Of a stretch of DNA of 42,010 bases, positions 26,747 through 36,811 are shown piece by piece (the first letter of the stretch is position 1; each line of letters starts with the position of its first letter). A model generated the notes under the pieces. It did not search any database, was not told the DNA's origin, and was given only the letters and a program-made list of their open reading frames with translations. A program made the position numbers and the translations under genes. The DNA is taken from assembly GCA_944392085.1 (NCBI GenBank), contig CALXVN010000001.1:1-42010 (forward strand), in the 5' to 3' direction. This stretch comes from an uncultured Clostridia bacterium. Lineage in GTDB: Bacteria; Bacillota; Clostridia; TANB77; CAG-508.

Positions 26747-27322
26747 ATGTTAGCAATAATATTTTTATTTATACTATTTTTTAATATAATTTCAATAGCA
26801 CTTATGTACTATTGTTTAGGAGATTTAACTAAGAAAGAAAAATTTATATTTATAGCAGTAGGAACAGGAATAATGTACATATTAACTTCAATAGTTTACT
26901 GGATTAGCACCAATGGAATAGAAATTACAGAAGTATCAGAAACAGGAAAAAATCTAATAACATTTTTATTTGTGCCTGTAAATGCAATCTTAGTGCTACC
27001 AATACTTGCAAAATCATATTCAAAAACTAAATTTGGAAGTCTTAAATCGGATGTATTTATAAAAAGAGGAATCGTACTTGGAATATTACTTTTTATTGTT
27101 TTAATAGTGGAGTGCAATTACTTTAAAAATATACAAGAAGGAGTAGTTAATTTAATAAAACAAAATGCACAAACTAGTGAGGAAAATAATAATAGTCTTA
27201 ATTACGTGAATGAAAATTTAGAAAACGAAGTTAGTGAAAAAATATTAAATGAAACAGAAGTTAATAGTATAAATCAAAATTTAGTACAAACCAATACTAT
27301 GATAAATGATACTAATGAATAA
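26747..27322 (+). CDS. Hypothetical polytopic membrane protein
   Basis: GGAGG lies 5 nt upstream of the ATG at 26747. About 4 hydrophobic segments, then an Asn/Glu-rich tail. Confidence 0.6.
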   Translation: MLAIIFLFILFFNIISIALMYYCLGDLTKKEKFIFIAVGTGIMYILTSIVYWISTNGIEITEVSETGKNLITFLFVPVNAILVLPILAKSYSKTKFGSLKSDVFIKRGIVLGILLFIVLIVECNYFKNIQEGVVNLIKQNAQTSEENNNSLNYVNENLENEVSEKILNETEVNSINQNLVQTNTMINDTNE

Positions 27323-27344
27323 AGTTTATGCTATATAAAAAGGA

Positions 27345-28301
27345 ATGAATTATAAGATGAATAAAGAAAAAGTTATAGTAATATGTGGTCCAACAGCATC
27401 AGGAAAAACTAGTTTTTCTATAGAACTTGCTAAAAGAATAAATGGAGAGATAGTATCTTGTGATTCTATGCAAATATATAAAGATATGACAATAGGAACA
27501 GCAAAACCAACTATAGAAGAAATGCAAGGAATTAAACATTATTTGATAGATTTTGTATCACCAGAAGAAAGATATAGTGTAGCAGATTACAAAAAAGCAG
27601 CAATAGATGCAATTCATACTATAATAAATAAAGGAAAAGTTCCTATTGTAGTAGGTGGGACAGGTTTATATGTAGAAGCACTAATATATGGAATAGAATA
27701 TCCTGAAATTGAAATAGATTTAGAATATAGAAAAAAATTAGAAGAAATTGAAAAAAGCGAAGGTTTAGAAAAACTATATGAAATGGCTTCTAGTATAGAT
27801 GAAGAAGCAATTAAGAAAATTAGTCCAAATGATAGCAAAAGAATTTGCAGAATTTTAGAAATATATCATTCAACAGGAAAAACCAAAACAGAAGTTGAAA
27901 TAGAATCAAGGAAAAAAGGTCCAGAATTTGATTTTATTGTATTTGGAATAAATATGGATAGAGAAAAGCTATATGAAAGAATAAATAAACGTGTAGATAT
28001 AATGCTTGATAATGGTTTAGTAGAAGAAGTAAGAAATTTGTTAAATAAATATAAAAAATTTCCAACTGCTATGCAAGGATTAGGGTATAAAGAAGCCAAA
28101 GAATATATAAATGGTGAAATTACTAAAGAAGAAATGATAGAAAAAATAAAAATGGAAAGCAGAAGGTATGCCAAAAGACAGCTAACATGGTTTAGAAAAT
28201 ATAAAAATATAATTTGGATAGATGGATTAGCAAATATTGAAGATAACATAAGAATTGTTTTGGAGGAATGTAGTGAAAAAAGTGGCCCAGAAACAGAATA
28301 A
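27345..28301 (+). CDS. miaA: tRNA dimethylallyltransferase
   Basis: P-loop GPTASGKT, DSMQIYKDMTIGTAKP. The start could be 27345 or 27357. Confidence 0.93.
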   Translation: MNYKMNKEKVIVICGPTASGKTSFSIELAKRINGEIVSCDSMQIYKDMTIGTAKPTIEEMQGIKHYLIDFVSPEERYSVADYKKAAIDAIHTIINKGKVPIVVGGTGLYVEALIYGIEYPEIEIDLEYRKKLEEIEKSEGLEKLYEMASSIDEEAIKKISPNDSKRICRILEIYHSTGKTKTEVEIESRKKGPEFDFIVFGINMDREKLYERINKRVDIMLDNGLVEEVRNLLNKYKKFPTAMQGLGYKEAKEYINGEITKEEMIEKIKMESRRYAKRQLTWFRKYKNIIWIDGLANIEDNIRIVLEECSEKSGPETE

Positions 28302-29538
28302 AAAGAAGAGTAAATTAATAGAAAAAATAAAAAAGCATAAGAAGATAATAGTTATGTTTTTACTACTATGTGGTTTAATATATATTGTATATTCTGTAGT
28401 GAATTTAATAAAAAATCCAGCAGATACGGTATATGTAGAAATGGGACATATAGAAGAAGAGGAAACAGCAATTGGGTATGTTATAAGAGATGAAGCTGTA
28501 CTTAAAGGTGAAAACTACAAAAATGGAATTGAACAAAAAAAGACAGAAGGAGAAAAAGTTGCAAAAGGAGAAGCAATATTTAGATATTATTCTAATGATG
28601 AAGAAAATTTAGTGGAAAAGATACAAGCTCTTGATGCGAAAATCGATGAAGCAATGCTTGCTGAAAATCCGCTTTCATCAGATGCTAAAGTATTAGAAGA
28701 ACAAATAGATTCTAAAATAAATGAGTTATATGAAGAAAATAATTTAAAGATAATACAAGAATATAAGCAAGAAATAAGTAGTAACATGACTAAAAAAGCT
28801 AAAATAGCTGGTGAGCAAAGCCCAGCAGGATCATATTTGAAAAAGTTAATTGACGAAAGAAAAGAATATGAAAATAAATTAAATTCAGGTACAGAGTACA
28901 TAAATGCTACAAGAAGCGGAGTAGTTTCATATAGAGTAGATGGCTATGAAGATGTATTGACAGTAGATGATTTGAGTAAATACAATAAAGAATTTTTAGA
29001 GAGCTTGAAATTAAAAACAGGTCAAATTATTCCTAGTAGTAGTGAAAGTGGAAAAATAATAGATAATTATTATTGTTATATAGTAACTGTTTTAGATTCA
29101 AGTTATGCAAAAGATGTAGAAGTAGGAGATGAAGTAAAGCTAAGATTACCAAGTGGACAAGAAGTGAAAGCAACAATAGAATATAAAATAGTAGAAGATG
29201 ATAATTATACTATAACTTTCAAAATAGAAAAAGGAGTAGAAGAGTTAATAAGTTATAGGAAAATTTCTTTTAGTATTATATGGTGGAGTGAATCTGGATT
29301 AAAAGTACCTAATACGGCACTGCAAAAAGAAAAAAACGATGAAAATGAAATATCATATGTAACTAGAACTAGAATAGGATATGAAGATAAAATATTAGTT
29401 AAAGTATTAAAAGCAAATGAAAAATATTCAATTGTTACTAATTATACTACAGAAGAATTATTAGAAATAGGATATTCATCTGCAGAGATAAGAAATTTTC
29501 CAAACATTACAATATATGATGAAATATTAATCTATTAA
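28273..29538 (+). CDS. Membrane-anchored protein with coiled-coil and barrel-like regions (HlyD/membrane-fusion-like)
   Basis: GTG at 28273 lies 6 nt after GGAGG. One N-terminal TM segment. Overlaps the miaA 3' end. Family assignment is tentative. Confidence 0.55.
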   Translation: MKKVAQKQNKKKSKLIEKIKKHKKIIVMFLLLCGLIYIVYSVVNLIKNPADTVYVEMGHIEEEETAIGYVIRDEAVLKGENYKNGIEQKKTEGEKVAKGEAIFRYYSNDEENLVEKIQALDAKIDEAMLAENPLSSDAKVLEEQIDSKINELYEENNLKIIQEYKQEISSNMTKKAKIAGEQSPAGSYLKKLIDERKEYENKLNSGTEYINATRSGVVSYRVDGYEDVLTVDDLSKYNKEFLESLKLKTGQIIPSSSESGKIIDNYYCYIVTVLDSSYAKDVEVGDEVKLRLPSGQEVKATIEYKIVEDDNYTITFKIEKGVEELISYRKISFSIIWWSESGLKVPNTALQKEKNDENEISYVTRTRIGYEDKILVKVLKANEKYSIVTNYTTEELLEIGYSSAEIRNFPNITIYDEILIY

Positions 29539-29678
29539 TTTAGAAATATTACAATTATGTTACAATTATATTAAATTTTTATTACAAAATCATAAAAAGT
29601 ATTGACAATATGAAAAAAATGATAGATACTATACAATAGCAAAACGAATGACGAATATTTATATAGGAGGTTATTAAA

Positions 29679-30173
29679 ATGTCAGGAGCTATTATGGAAA
29701 AAGTATGGGGAATGTTAGGATTACCAGAAAGAGATGAAGAAGAAGAAACAGAAGAAAAAAAAAAAGAAAAAAATATAGATGTAGAAGATCAAGAAGATGA
29801 AGAATACGAAGAAGATGATAGAAAAATATGGGGAAGAAGAAGTAATAAAGTTGTAAATATGCCACAAACTCAACAAGTTAAGATGGTTATTTGTCAACCA
29901 ACAACTTTTGAACAATCAGAAAGTATTTGTAATTTATTAAAAGAAAAGAAATCAATTATTGTAAATCTAGAATATGTTAACAAAGATGTAGCTAGAAGAA
30001 TAGTTGATGTTGTTAGTGGTGCAGTTCATGCTTTAGATGGCAATTTACAAAAAGTATCTAATTCTATATTTTTAGTAGCACCATACAATTATGATATTAC
30101 AAATGAAATGGCAAGAGAAGAAATAAAAAATAAATTATCAGTATCATGGTTAAAAAATAATTCAAATAATTAA
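29679..30173 (+). CDS. sepF: Cell division protein SepF
   Basis: Acidic linker, then the conserved C-terminal domain (VVNMPQTQQVKMVICQPTTFEQSESICNLLKEKKSIIVNLEYV...FLVAPYNYDI). Confidence 0.88.
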   Translation: MSGAIMEKVWGMLGLPERDEEEETEEKKKEKNIDVEDQEDEEYEEDDRKIWGRRSNKVVNMPQTQQVKMVICQPTTFEQSESICNLLKEKKSIIVNLEYVNKDVARRIVDVVSGAVHALDGNLQKVSNSIFLVAPYNYDITNEMAREEIKNKLSVSWLKNNSNN

Positions 30174-30206
30174 TAAATATAGTTATAGAAGTTTAGGAGG
30201 AGATAT

Positions 30207-30656
30207 ATGTACACACCATTAGATATAGAAAATAAAAAATTCGCGAAACAAATGATGAATGGCTATAGTGTAGAAGAAGTAGATAATTTTTTAGATGAAC
30301 TAACACTAGACTATGAAAAACTATATAAAGAATCAAATGAAAATAAAAGTAAAATAGCTGAATTAGAAGAAAGTCTTGTTAAATATAAAAATTTAGAGGC
30401 AACGCTTCAAAATACTTTAGTGATGGCTCAAAGTACAGCTGATGAAATAAAAAAAGTAGCTCAACAACAAGCAGAACAAATTGTAAGAGATGCACAAGGT
30501 TCAGCAAGAGAACAAGCAAAGGAATTAGACCAACAAATAACATTAAAGACTAAAGAATTAGATGAATTACAAAAAAAGTTTGATGTATATAAAGCAAAAA
30601 TGGAATCATTACTAATTTCACAATTAGAGTTAATAAAAGAAGTAAATAAAGAATAA
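30207..30656 (+). CDS. divIVA: DivIVA-domain protein
   Basis: MYTPLDIENKKFAKQMMNGYSVEEVDNFLDE lipid-binding N-terminus plus a coiled coil. Confidence 0.88.
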   Translation: MYTPLDIENKKFAKQMMNGYSVEEVDNFLDELTLDYEKLYKESNENKSKIAELEESLVKYKNLEATLQNTLVMAQSTADEIKKVAQQQAEQIVRDAQGSAREQAKELDQQITLKTKELDELQKKFDVYKAKMESLLISQLELIKEVNKE

Positions 30657-30667
30657 ATTTTTTTAGT

Positions 30668-30729
30668 TTACAAATGGGACAGGTAAAACAGTTTCAAAAT
30701 GGAATCTGTTTTACCTGTCTCGTTTGTAA
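30668..30729 (+). terminator. Imperfect palindrome or terminator after divIVA that carries the GGGACAGG core
   Basis: GACAGGTAAAACAG (30678-30691) pairs with CTGTTTTACCTGTC (30706-30719). An outer pair is TTACAAA/TTTGTAA. Confidence 0.7.
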
Positions 30730-30903
30730 GGGTATCGAAAATTAGTTTACAAAACTAAAAAATTGTTATATAATATTGCAAGAAATATTACAAAAAGTTA
30801 ACAATGTTACAGAAATATTAAATATATATTACAATTGTGTTAAGAATATTGACATATTTTAAATATTGTATAAAATATATATAGTATCAATTAGAGGTAG
30901 CCT

Positions 30904-31464
30904 ATGAGAGTAATAAGCGGAACTGCAAGAGGAACAAAATTAGATTCTATAGAAAGTATGGATACTAGACCTACTTTAGATAGAGTAAAAGAATCGTTAT
31001 TTAATATAATTAATAGCAAAATAGAAAATAGTATAGTATTAGATTTGTTTGCAGGAAGCGGAGCAATTGGAATTGAATGCATAAGTAGAGGTTCTAAAAA
31101 AGTATATTTTTGTGAAAAATCTCATAATGCAGCTAATATGATAAAAAAGAATCTCATTAAAACTAAGTTTGAAAATAAATCTGAAATATTTGAAGAAGAT
31201 TATAAAAAATGCTTAGAAAAACTTGCTAAAAATAAAATAATTTTAGACATTATATATATAGATCCACCATATAAAGCAAATTTAGCAGAAAAAGCAGTAG
31301 AACAAATCATTTCACTTGATTTATTAAATAAAAATGGAATAATTATAATAGAAACAGACGAAGAAAAAAGAGATTTAGAAGAAATGAAAAAATTACAAAT
31401 AGAAGTGTATGATTTGAGAAAATATGGTAGAGTCCATTTAATATTCTTAAATCGAAAGGAGTAG
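30904..31464 (+). CDS. rsmD: 16S rRNA (guanine966-N2)-methyltransferase RsmD
   Basis: MRVISGTARGTKL..., LDLFAGSGAIGIE SAM motif, IYIDPPY. Confidence 0.9.
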   Translation: MRVISGTARGTKLDSIESMDTRPTLDRVKESLFNIINSKIENSIVLDLFAGSGAIGIECISRGSKKVYFCEKSHNAANMIKKNLIKTKFENKSEIFEEDYKKCLEKLAKNKIILDIIYIDPPYKANLAEKAVEQIISLDLLNKNGIIIIETDEEKRDLEEMKKLQIEVYDLRKYGRVHLIFLNRKE

Positions 31465-31468
31465 AAAC

Positions 31469-31906
31469 ATGGAAATATTTACTTTATTAGAGGCTTTAGA
31501 GGATATGCTAGATAAAAGCAGAGGAATTCCTTTTTCAAATAAATGTATTGTAAGCAAAGAAGAAATTTTAGATATAATAAAAGAAATTAGAATAAAATTA
31601 CCAGATGAGCTAAAACAAGCTAAATGGATAAAGGAAGAAAGGCAAAGAATATTAGTTGAGGCGCAAAATGAAGCTGATGAAATAATTAAAGAAGCAGAAA
31701 ATAGAATTATTTCTATGATTGACGAGCATGAAATAACTAAAAAAGCTTATGAGAAAAAAGTAGAAATAATAGAAACTGCAAATGAAATGTCAAGAGAAAT
31801 TAAAAGTGGAACAGAAGAATATGCTGATAATGTTCTAGCAGGAATAGAAGTGGCTTTAGAAGATGCACTAAAGATAATAAAAAACAATAGAAAAGAACTA
31901 AAATAG
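31469..31906 (+). CDS. Conserved coiled-coil protein of unknown function (145 aa)
   Basis: Tightly coupled to rsmD (4-nt gap). Charged helical sequence. Confidence 0.7.
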   Translation: MEIFTLLEALEDMLDKSRGIPFSNKCIVSKEEILDIIKEIRIKLPDELKQAKWIKEERQRILVEAQNEADEIIKEAENRIISMIDEHEITKKAYEKKVEIIETANEMSREIKSGTEEYADNVLAGIEVALEDALKIIKNNRKELK

Positions 31907-31931
31907 AAAAGAATTAAAAAATGAACTAATA

Positions 31932-31969
31932 AAATAAATGTAAGCACAAACGAGTGTTTACATTTATTT
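31932..31969. terminator. Bidirectional terminator between convergent genes
   Basis: AAATAAATGTAAGCAC-AAACGA-GTGTTTACATTTATTT (one mismatch) followed by TTTT. Confidence 0.8.
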
Positions 31970-31974
31970 TTTAC

Positions 31975-32166
31975 TTATTCAAAAATAATTACATTTGATA
32001 AAGCATTACTACTTATATCATCTTCTAAAACAGTAGGAATATTTACGACTATATTTTTGTCCTTGTAATGTAAAATTATTAAAACAATTGAAACCGTAAA
32101 AAATATAACTAAAGCAATAATAGTTATAATAAAAGTACTTTTTCTTATAAATCGATTATTTTCCAT
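31975..32166 (-). CDS. Possible 63-aa single-TM protein
   Basis: ORF with a hydrophobic segment (FIITIIALVIFFTVSIVLIIL) that ends at the shared terminator. The RBS is weak (AAAGAG). Confidence 0.35.
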   Translation of the reverse strand: MENNRFIRKSTFIITIIALVIFFTVSIVLIILHYKDKNIVVNIPTVLEDDISSNALSNVIIFE

Positions 32167-32317
32167 ATTAATCAACTCTTTCTAAAATAATAGCTATGTT
32201 AAATAAATGATATCATAGTTTAAAAATCTAGTCAATATTTGCTAACTAAATAAATTTGACAGTAAACATGAGAAATGATAAAATATAGGCGAAAATAAAA
32301 AAAGGAGGGTGATTACT

Positions 32318-34138
32318 ATGAAGTTTAAAGCAAAACATGTGATAATAATCACAGTAATATTAATGTTATCATTACTATTATTAATAACCTTTTCACATGC
32401 TACAGAGGGTTTAGCAGTTAGCGATATAGAAGTAACATTAATAGGAACTAAAGCAGAGATACAATGGAACAAGACAAACGAAGCTATTGGCTATGAAATC
32501 TATATAGATATACCAAACATTGGATATCTAAATTTAGGTAGTGTATCAACTAACAATGTAAATGTTACAGGTTTCAAAGAAGGAGAAATATATGGGGTAA
32601 AAGTAATAGCTTATAAGATAGAGAATAATACAAAAATTTATTCTGATTTTTCTCCAGAAGTAAGATTTAAAATAGGAGAAAATCTACAAACAACATCAAA
32701 ATTAGGGAAAGTTACAAATGTAAAGGCTGTATCTTATGGAGATAATGGAACTCTAGAATGGAATCCTGTAGAAGCCGCTAGTGGGTATGATGTTTATGCA
32801 AGTGTGGCTAATATTGATTTTATAAAAATTGGAACAACTGATGCAACAAAAGTAAAAATAACAGGAATGAATAAAAATGAAGTATACAGTATAAAAATTA
32901 TACCATTTATAGAAAATAATGGTAAAAAAACATATGGAAGTTTTTCAGATTTAGCTATATTGAAATATGACGAAGAAGAAAAAGTACAAATAGATAGATA
33001 TAAAAAAGTAGAAAATTTAAATGTAATAATGAATGGAGATTCTGCAAAATTAACATGGAATTCTATGAATGGAGCAGATGGTTATGAAATTGCAGTAAAA
33101 ATTCCAAATAAAGGAGAAGCTTTTTATAATGTTAGTAGTAATATAAAAACTTTAACTGGATTTTCAGCAAATTATACATATAAAGCAAGAGTGAGAGCAT
33201 ATCAATATGTTAATGGAGAAAAAGTATATAGTAATTATTCTAATTATGTTTTTATAAGATATGAAAAATTAGAAAAACTAACAAAAGTAACAGGATTAAA
33301 TGTTAAAATGAGTGGAGATAAAGCAACATTTAGTTGGAATAAAGTAATAGGAGCAGTTGGATACGAAATAATAGTAAATATACCAGGAATAGGAGATTGC
33401 ACATATACAGAAACATCAACAAGTAAAGAATTAATAGGTTTTACAGAAAAAAATTACTATTATACAGTAAAAGTAAGGGCGTATAAGTATGGTAATAATG
33501 GAGAAAAGATATATGGAGAATATTCAAATAAGGCATATTTTAGAAATGAAGAAAAAGAAGAAGTAATAGAAAAACCAGCAAAAGTAACAGGATTAAATGT
33601 CAAAATGAGTGGAGATAAAGCAACATTTAGTTGGAATAAAGTAATAGGAGCAGCTGGATACGAAATAATAGTAAATATACCAGGAATAGGAGATTGCACA
33701 TATACAGAAACATCAACAAGTAAAGAATTAATAGGTTTTACAGAAAAAAATTACTATTATACAGTAAAAGTAAGGGCGTATAAGTATGGTAATAATGGAG
33801 AAAAGATATATGGAGAATATTCAAATAAGGCATATTTTAGAAATGAAGAAAAAGAAGAAGTAATAGAAAAACCAGCAAAAGTAATAGGGTTAAATGTTAA
33901 TAGAAATAATCTGTCAGCAACATTTAGTTGGAATAAAGTAACTGGTGCATCAGGATATGAAATAGTAGTAAATATACCATTATATGGGGAATTTAAATAT
34001 ACAGAAACATCAACAACTAGATATATGACAGGTTTTACAGAAAAAAATTACTATTATACAGTAAAAGTAAGGGCATATAAGTATGGTAATAATGGACAAA
34101 AAATATATGGCGAATATTCAGATATAGTGAAATTTTAA
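32318..34138 (+). CDS. Secreted or membrane-anchored protein with six FN3-like modules
   Basis: AAGGAGGG lies 8 nt upstream of the ATG. N-terminal signal or anchor. The signature ...(F/L/I)(S/T/E/Q)WN.....A.GY(E/D)(I/V)... recurs about every 97-100 aa. Confidence 0.85.
   Translation: MKFKAKHVIIITVILMLSLLLLITFSHATEGLAVSDIEVTLIGTKAEIQWNKTNEAIGYEIYIDIPNIGYLNLGSVSTNNVNVTGFKEGEIYGVKVIAYKIENNTKIYSDFSPEVRFKIGENLQTTSKLGKVTNVKAVSYGDNGTLEWNPVEAASGYDVYASVANIDFIKIGTTDATKVKITGMNKNEVYSIKIIPFIENNGKKTYGSFSDLAILKYDEEEKVQIDRYKKVENLNVIMNGDSAKLTWNSMNGADGYEIAVKIPNKGEAFYNVSSNIKTLTGFSANYTYKARVRAYQYVNGEKVYSNYSNYVFIRYEKLEKLTKVTGLNVKMSGDKATFSWNKVIGAVGYEIIVNIPGIGDCTYTETSTSKELIGFTEKNYYYTVKVRAYKYGNNGEKIYGEYSNKAYFRNEEKEEVIEKPAKVTGLNVKMSGDKATFSWNKVIGAAGYEIIVNIPGIGDCTYTETSTSKELIGFTEKNYYYTVKVRAYKYGNNGEKIYGEYSNKAYFRNEEKEEVIEKPAKVIGLNVNRNNLSATFSWNKVTGASGYEIVVNIPLYGEFKYTETSTTRYMTGFTEKNYYYTVKVRAYKYGNNGQKIYGEYSDIVKF
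33284..34138 (+). repeat. 297-bp in-frame tandem repeat: copies 33284-33580 and 33581-33877 differ at 2 positions; third copy 33878-34138 is diverged
   Basis: Hand alignment: the only differences are T/C at 33304/33601 and T/C at 33357/33654. Confidence 0.9.
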
Positions 34139-34142
34139 TAAA

Positions 34143-34172
34143 ATACCTTAGACAACTTAATGTCTAAGGTAT
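34143..34172 (+). terminator. Terminator of the FN3 gene
   Basis: ATACCTTAGACA-ACTTAA-TGTCTAAGGTAT followed by TTTAT. Confidence 0.8.
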
Positions 34173-34317
34173 TTTATATATAATGTTTATTTGTTATAAA
34201 ATGTAATAAAAAATATTACATTTTATATTGCATTTTAAAAAATATGTTTGCTTTTCCAAAACCTTGTGATATAATACCAATGGATATACATCATAAGATA
34301 AAGGAGGAGACTTTAAG

Positions 34318-36732
34318 TTGGCAAAAAGAGGAAGAAGAGCAAAGAAAACTAGTAAATTTGATATAAATGTAGCAGTAGTATTTATGTTTTTAATAAGTAT
34401 TTTACTTGCAATTTTAATATATACAAAATCAGGATATATAGGCGAGAATTTAAGCCCTATTTTAGGTGGAATTATGGGAGTAATAAAGTATATAATTCCA
34501 ATAGGAACATTTTTAATTGCTATATATATGACAACAGAAGATAAGGACTATTTAGTTTCAAAATTAATACAATACGGAATTTTCTTAATTTGTATAGCTA
34601 CAATGCTTAGTGTTTTTCAATTTTCAAATAATACATTTGATATGAATAGCGATTTTACTACAATAGAAAAAGCTGGTTATGAAAGGGGAACTCAAGATAT
34701 AGGCGGAGGAATTATAGGAACAGCAGTAGCGTATATGCTTATAGGGCTTTTAGGAGAAGTAGGAACAGTTATTTTATGTATTGGAGTAGCAGCAATACTT
34801 CTTATATTTATGTTTGGAATTAAACCAGCAGAATTAATAGCAGATTTTGTAGAATCAAGAAGAGAAAATAAAGAAGATAGAAGATTAGAGAAAGAAGAAA
34901 TGAGGCTAGAGAGAAAAAATGCAAGAAGAGAAGAAAAAAATGAAATTCCAGAAAGAAAAGAAACTAAGAGAGAACGTAGATTAAGAGAAAAAGAAGAACA
35001 AAGAAAAGAAGCAGAAGCATTAGCAGAGCAATTAACCATTAATTTAAATGATGATGGACAAGAAAAAGATAAAAAGTTAAAAAAGTATGACCATAAAGAT
35101 GATAATCTTATACCATTTAATATAGGTGGAAGATTAAAAGAGAAAACAGAAGAAAAGCCAAATCCAGATGTATTAGAAGCAAATCTTTTTAAAGCAGAAC
35201 AAGAAACAAAAGAAGAAAAGGTAAAACAAGTATTACAATTAGAGCATACAATAACAGTTGAAGACGAACATTATGAATTTCCACCAATTCAATTATTAGC
35301 AGAAGGAGAGAAAAAAGGAGTAAAAGGTGGGAAAAAAGCGGTTGCAGATACAGCAACTAAACTACAAAAAACATTATACAGTTTTGGAGTATCTGCTAAA
35401 GTAGAAAATGTATCTGTAGGACCTGCAATTACAAGATATGAATTAAAACCAGCAGAAGGAGTAAGAGTAAGTAAAATTGCAAACTTAGCAGATGATATAG
35501 CACTTAATTTAGCAGCAGAAACTATAAGAATAGAAGCACCTATACCAGGAAAGCAAGCCGTAGGAATAGAAATACCAAATAAAGAAAATGAGATAGTACC
35601 ATTAAGGGATATAATAGATTCAGATAGTTTTAAAAACCACAAATCAAAACTAGCATTTGCACTTGGAAAAGATGTTGCAGGAAATGAAGTTGTAACAGAT
35701 ATTGCTAAAATGCCACATGTTTTAATTGCAGGAGCAACTGGTTCTGGTAAATCAGTTTGTATAAATACTTTAATTTCAAGTATTATATATAAAGCAAAGC
35801 CAAGTGAAGTAAAACTTGTTATGGTAGATCCAAAAGTAGTTGAACTTTCTGTATATAATGGAATTCCACATTTGCTAATTCCAGTTGTTACAGATCCTAA
35901 AAAGGCAGCAGGTGCACTCGCTTGGGCTGTTCAAGAAATGGTAAATAGATATAGTTTATTTGCAAGCAAAAATGTAAGAGATATAAAAGGATATAATGAA
36001 GCATTAGAAGGAGAAGGGGAAGGGCATAAATTACCACAAATAGTAATTATAATAGATGAGCTTTCAGATTTAATGATGGTATCTCCTAAAGATGTAGAAG
36101 ATTCAATTTGTAGATTAGCACAAATGGCAAGAGCTGCGGGAATGCATTTAGTAATAGCAACACAAAGACCTTCTGTAGATGTTATTACTGGTATAATTAA
36201 AGCAAATGTACCATCTAGAATATCATTTGCAGTATCTTCACAAGTAGATTCTAGAACAATATTAGATATGGCAGGTGCAGAAAAATTACTTGGAAAAGGT
36301 GATATGTTATTTTATCCAGCAGGTGCACCAAAACCTGTAAGAATTCAGGGAGCATTTGTGTCTGATAAAGAAGTAGAAAAAATAGTAGACTTTGTAAAAA
36401 ATAATGGAGAAGCTACATATAATGATGAAATTTTAAAACAAATAGAAAATGCAAATAGTACGGACAAAGAAATTGATAGCCAAGAAGATGATGATGACAC
36501 AGACCCACTTTTAATGGAAGCTATTGATGTTGTAGTAGAAACAGGTCAAGCATCTACATCATTTATACAAAGAAGATTTAAAGTTGGATATGCAAGAGCA
36601 GGAAGAATAATAGATCAAATGGAAGAAAGAGGAATAATATCCGGATTTCAAGGTAGCAAGCCACGTGAGGTTCTAATGACTAAAGAAAGATGGGAAGAAC
36701 TAAAAATGAGTGGAGCTACAAATGAAGAATAA
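34318..36732 (+). CDS. ftsK: DNA translocase FtsK/SpoIIIE
   Basis: TTG start after AAGGAGGA. N-terminal TM segments, Lys/Glu/Arg linker, Walker A GATGSGKS, Walker B IVIIIDE, C-terminal gamma wHTH. Confidence 0.93.
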   Translation: MAKRGRRAKKTSKFDINVAVVFMFLISILLAILIYTKSGYIGENLSPILGGIMGVIKYIIPIGTFLIAIYMTTEDKDYLVSKLIQYGIFLICIATMLSVFQFSNNTFDMNSDFTTIEKAGYERGTQDIGGGIIGTAVAYMLIGLLGEVGTVILCIGVAAILLIFMFGIKPAELIADFVESRRENKEDRRLEKEEMRLERKNARREEKNEIPERKETKRERRLREKEEQRKEAEALAEQLTINLNDDGQEKDKKLKKYDHKDDNLIPFNIGGRLKEKTEEKPNPDVLEANLFKAEQETKEEKVKQVLQLEHTITVEDEHYEFPPIQLLAEGEKKGVKGGKKAVADTATKLQKTLYSFGVSAKVENVSVGPAITRYELKPAEGVRVSKIANLADDIALNLAAETIRIEAPIPGKQAVGIEIPNKENEIVPLRDIIDSDSFKNHKSKLAFALGKDVAGNEVVTDIAKMPHVLIAGATGSGKSVCINTLISSIIYKAKPSEVKLVMVDPKVVELSVYNGIPHLLIPVVTDPKKAAGALAWAVQEMVNRYSLFASKNVRDIKGYNEALEGEGEGHKLPQIVIIIDELSDLMMVSPKDVEDSICRLAQMARAAGMHLVIATQRPSVDVITGIIKANVPSRISFAVSSQVDSRTILDMAGAEKLLGKGDMLFYPAGAPKPVRIQGAFVSDKEVEKIVDFVKNNGEATYNDEILKQIENANSTDKEIDSQEDDDDTDPLLMEAIDVVVETGQASTSFIQRRFKVGYARAGRIIDQMEERGIISGFQGSKPREVLMTKERWEELKMSGATNEE

Positions 36733-36811
36733 AAAGGATTTTATGAGAGATACACACAGTACAAGAAAATTAAACTTTTCTATATAGAAAAAATTACTAA
36801 AGAGGATGATT

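Noticed and set aside
33284-34138. Regular tandem repeats considered as a possible CRISPR array
   Set aside because: The period is 297 bp, the repeats are in frame within a long ORF, they encode FN3-like modules, and there is no repeat-spacer structure.
29541-34232. Recurrent ATATTACA / ATATTGCA motifs upstream of the sepF, rsmD and ftsK promoters (29546, 30785, 30826, 34213), including a shared 13-mer AGAAATATTACAA at 29542 and 30781
   Set aside because: By my rough estimate from base composition, about ten occurrences of such an AT-rich 8-mer are expected on both strands in 42 kb. Enrichment in AT-rich intergenic DNA is therefore not demonstrably non-random. It would need a genome-wide motif test.
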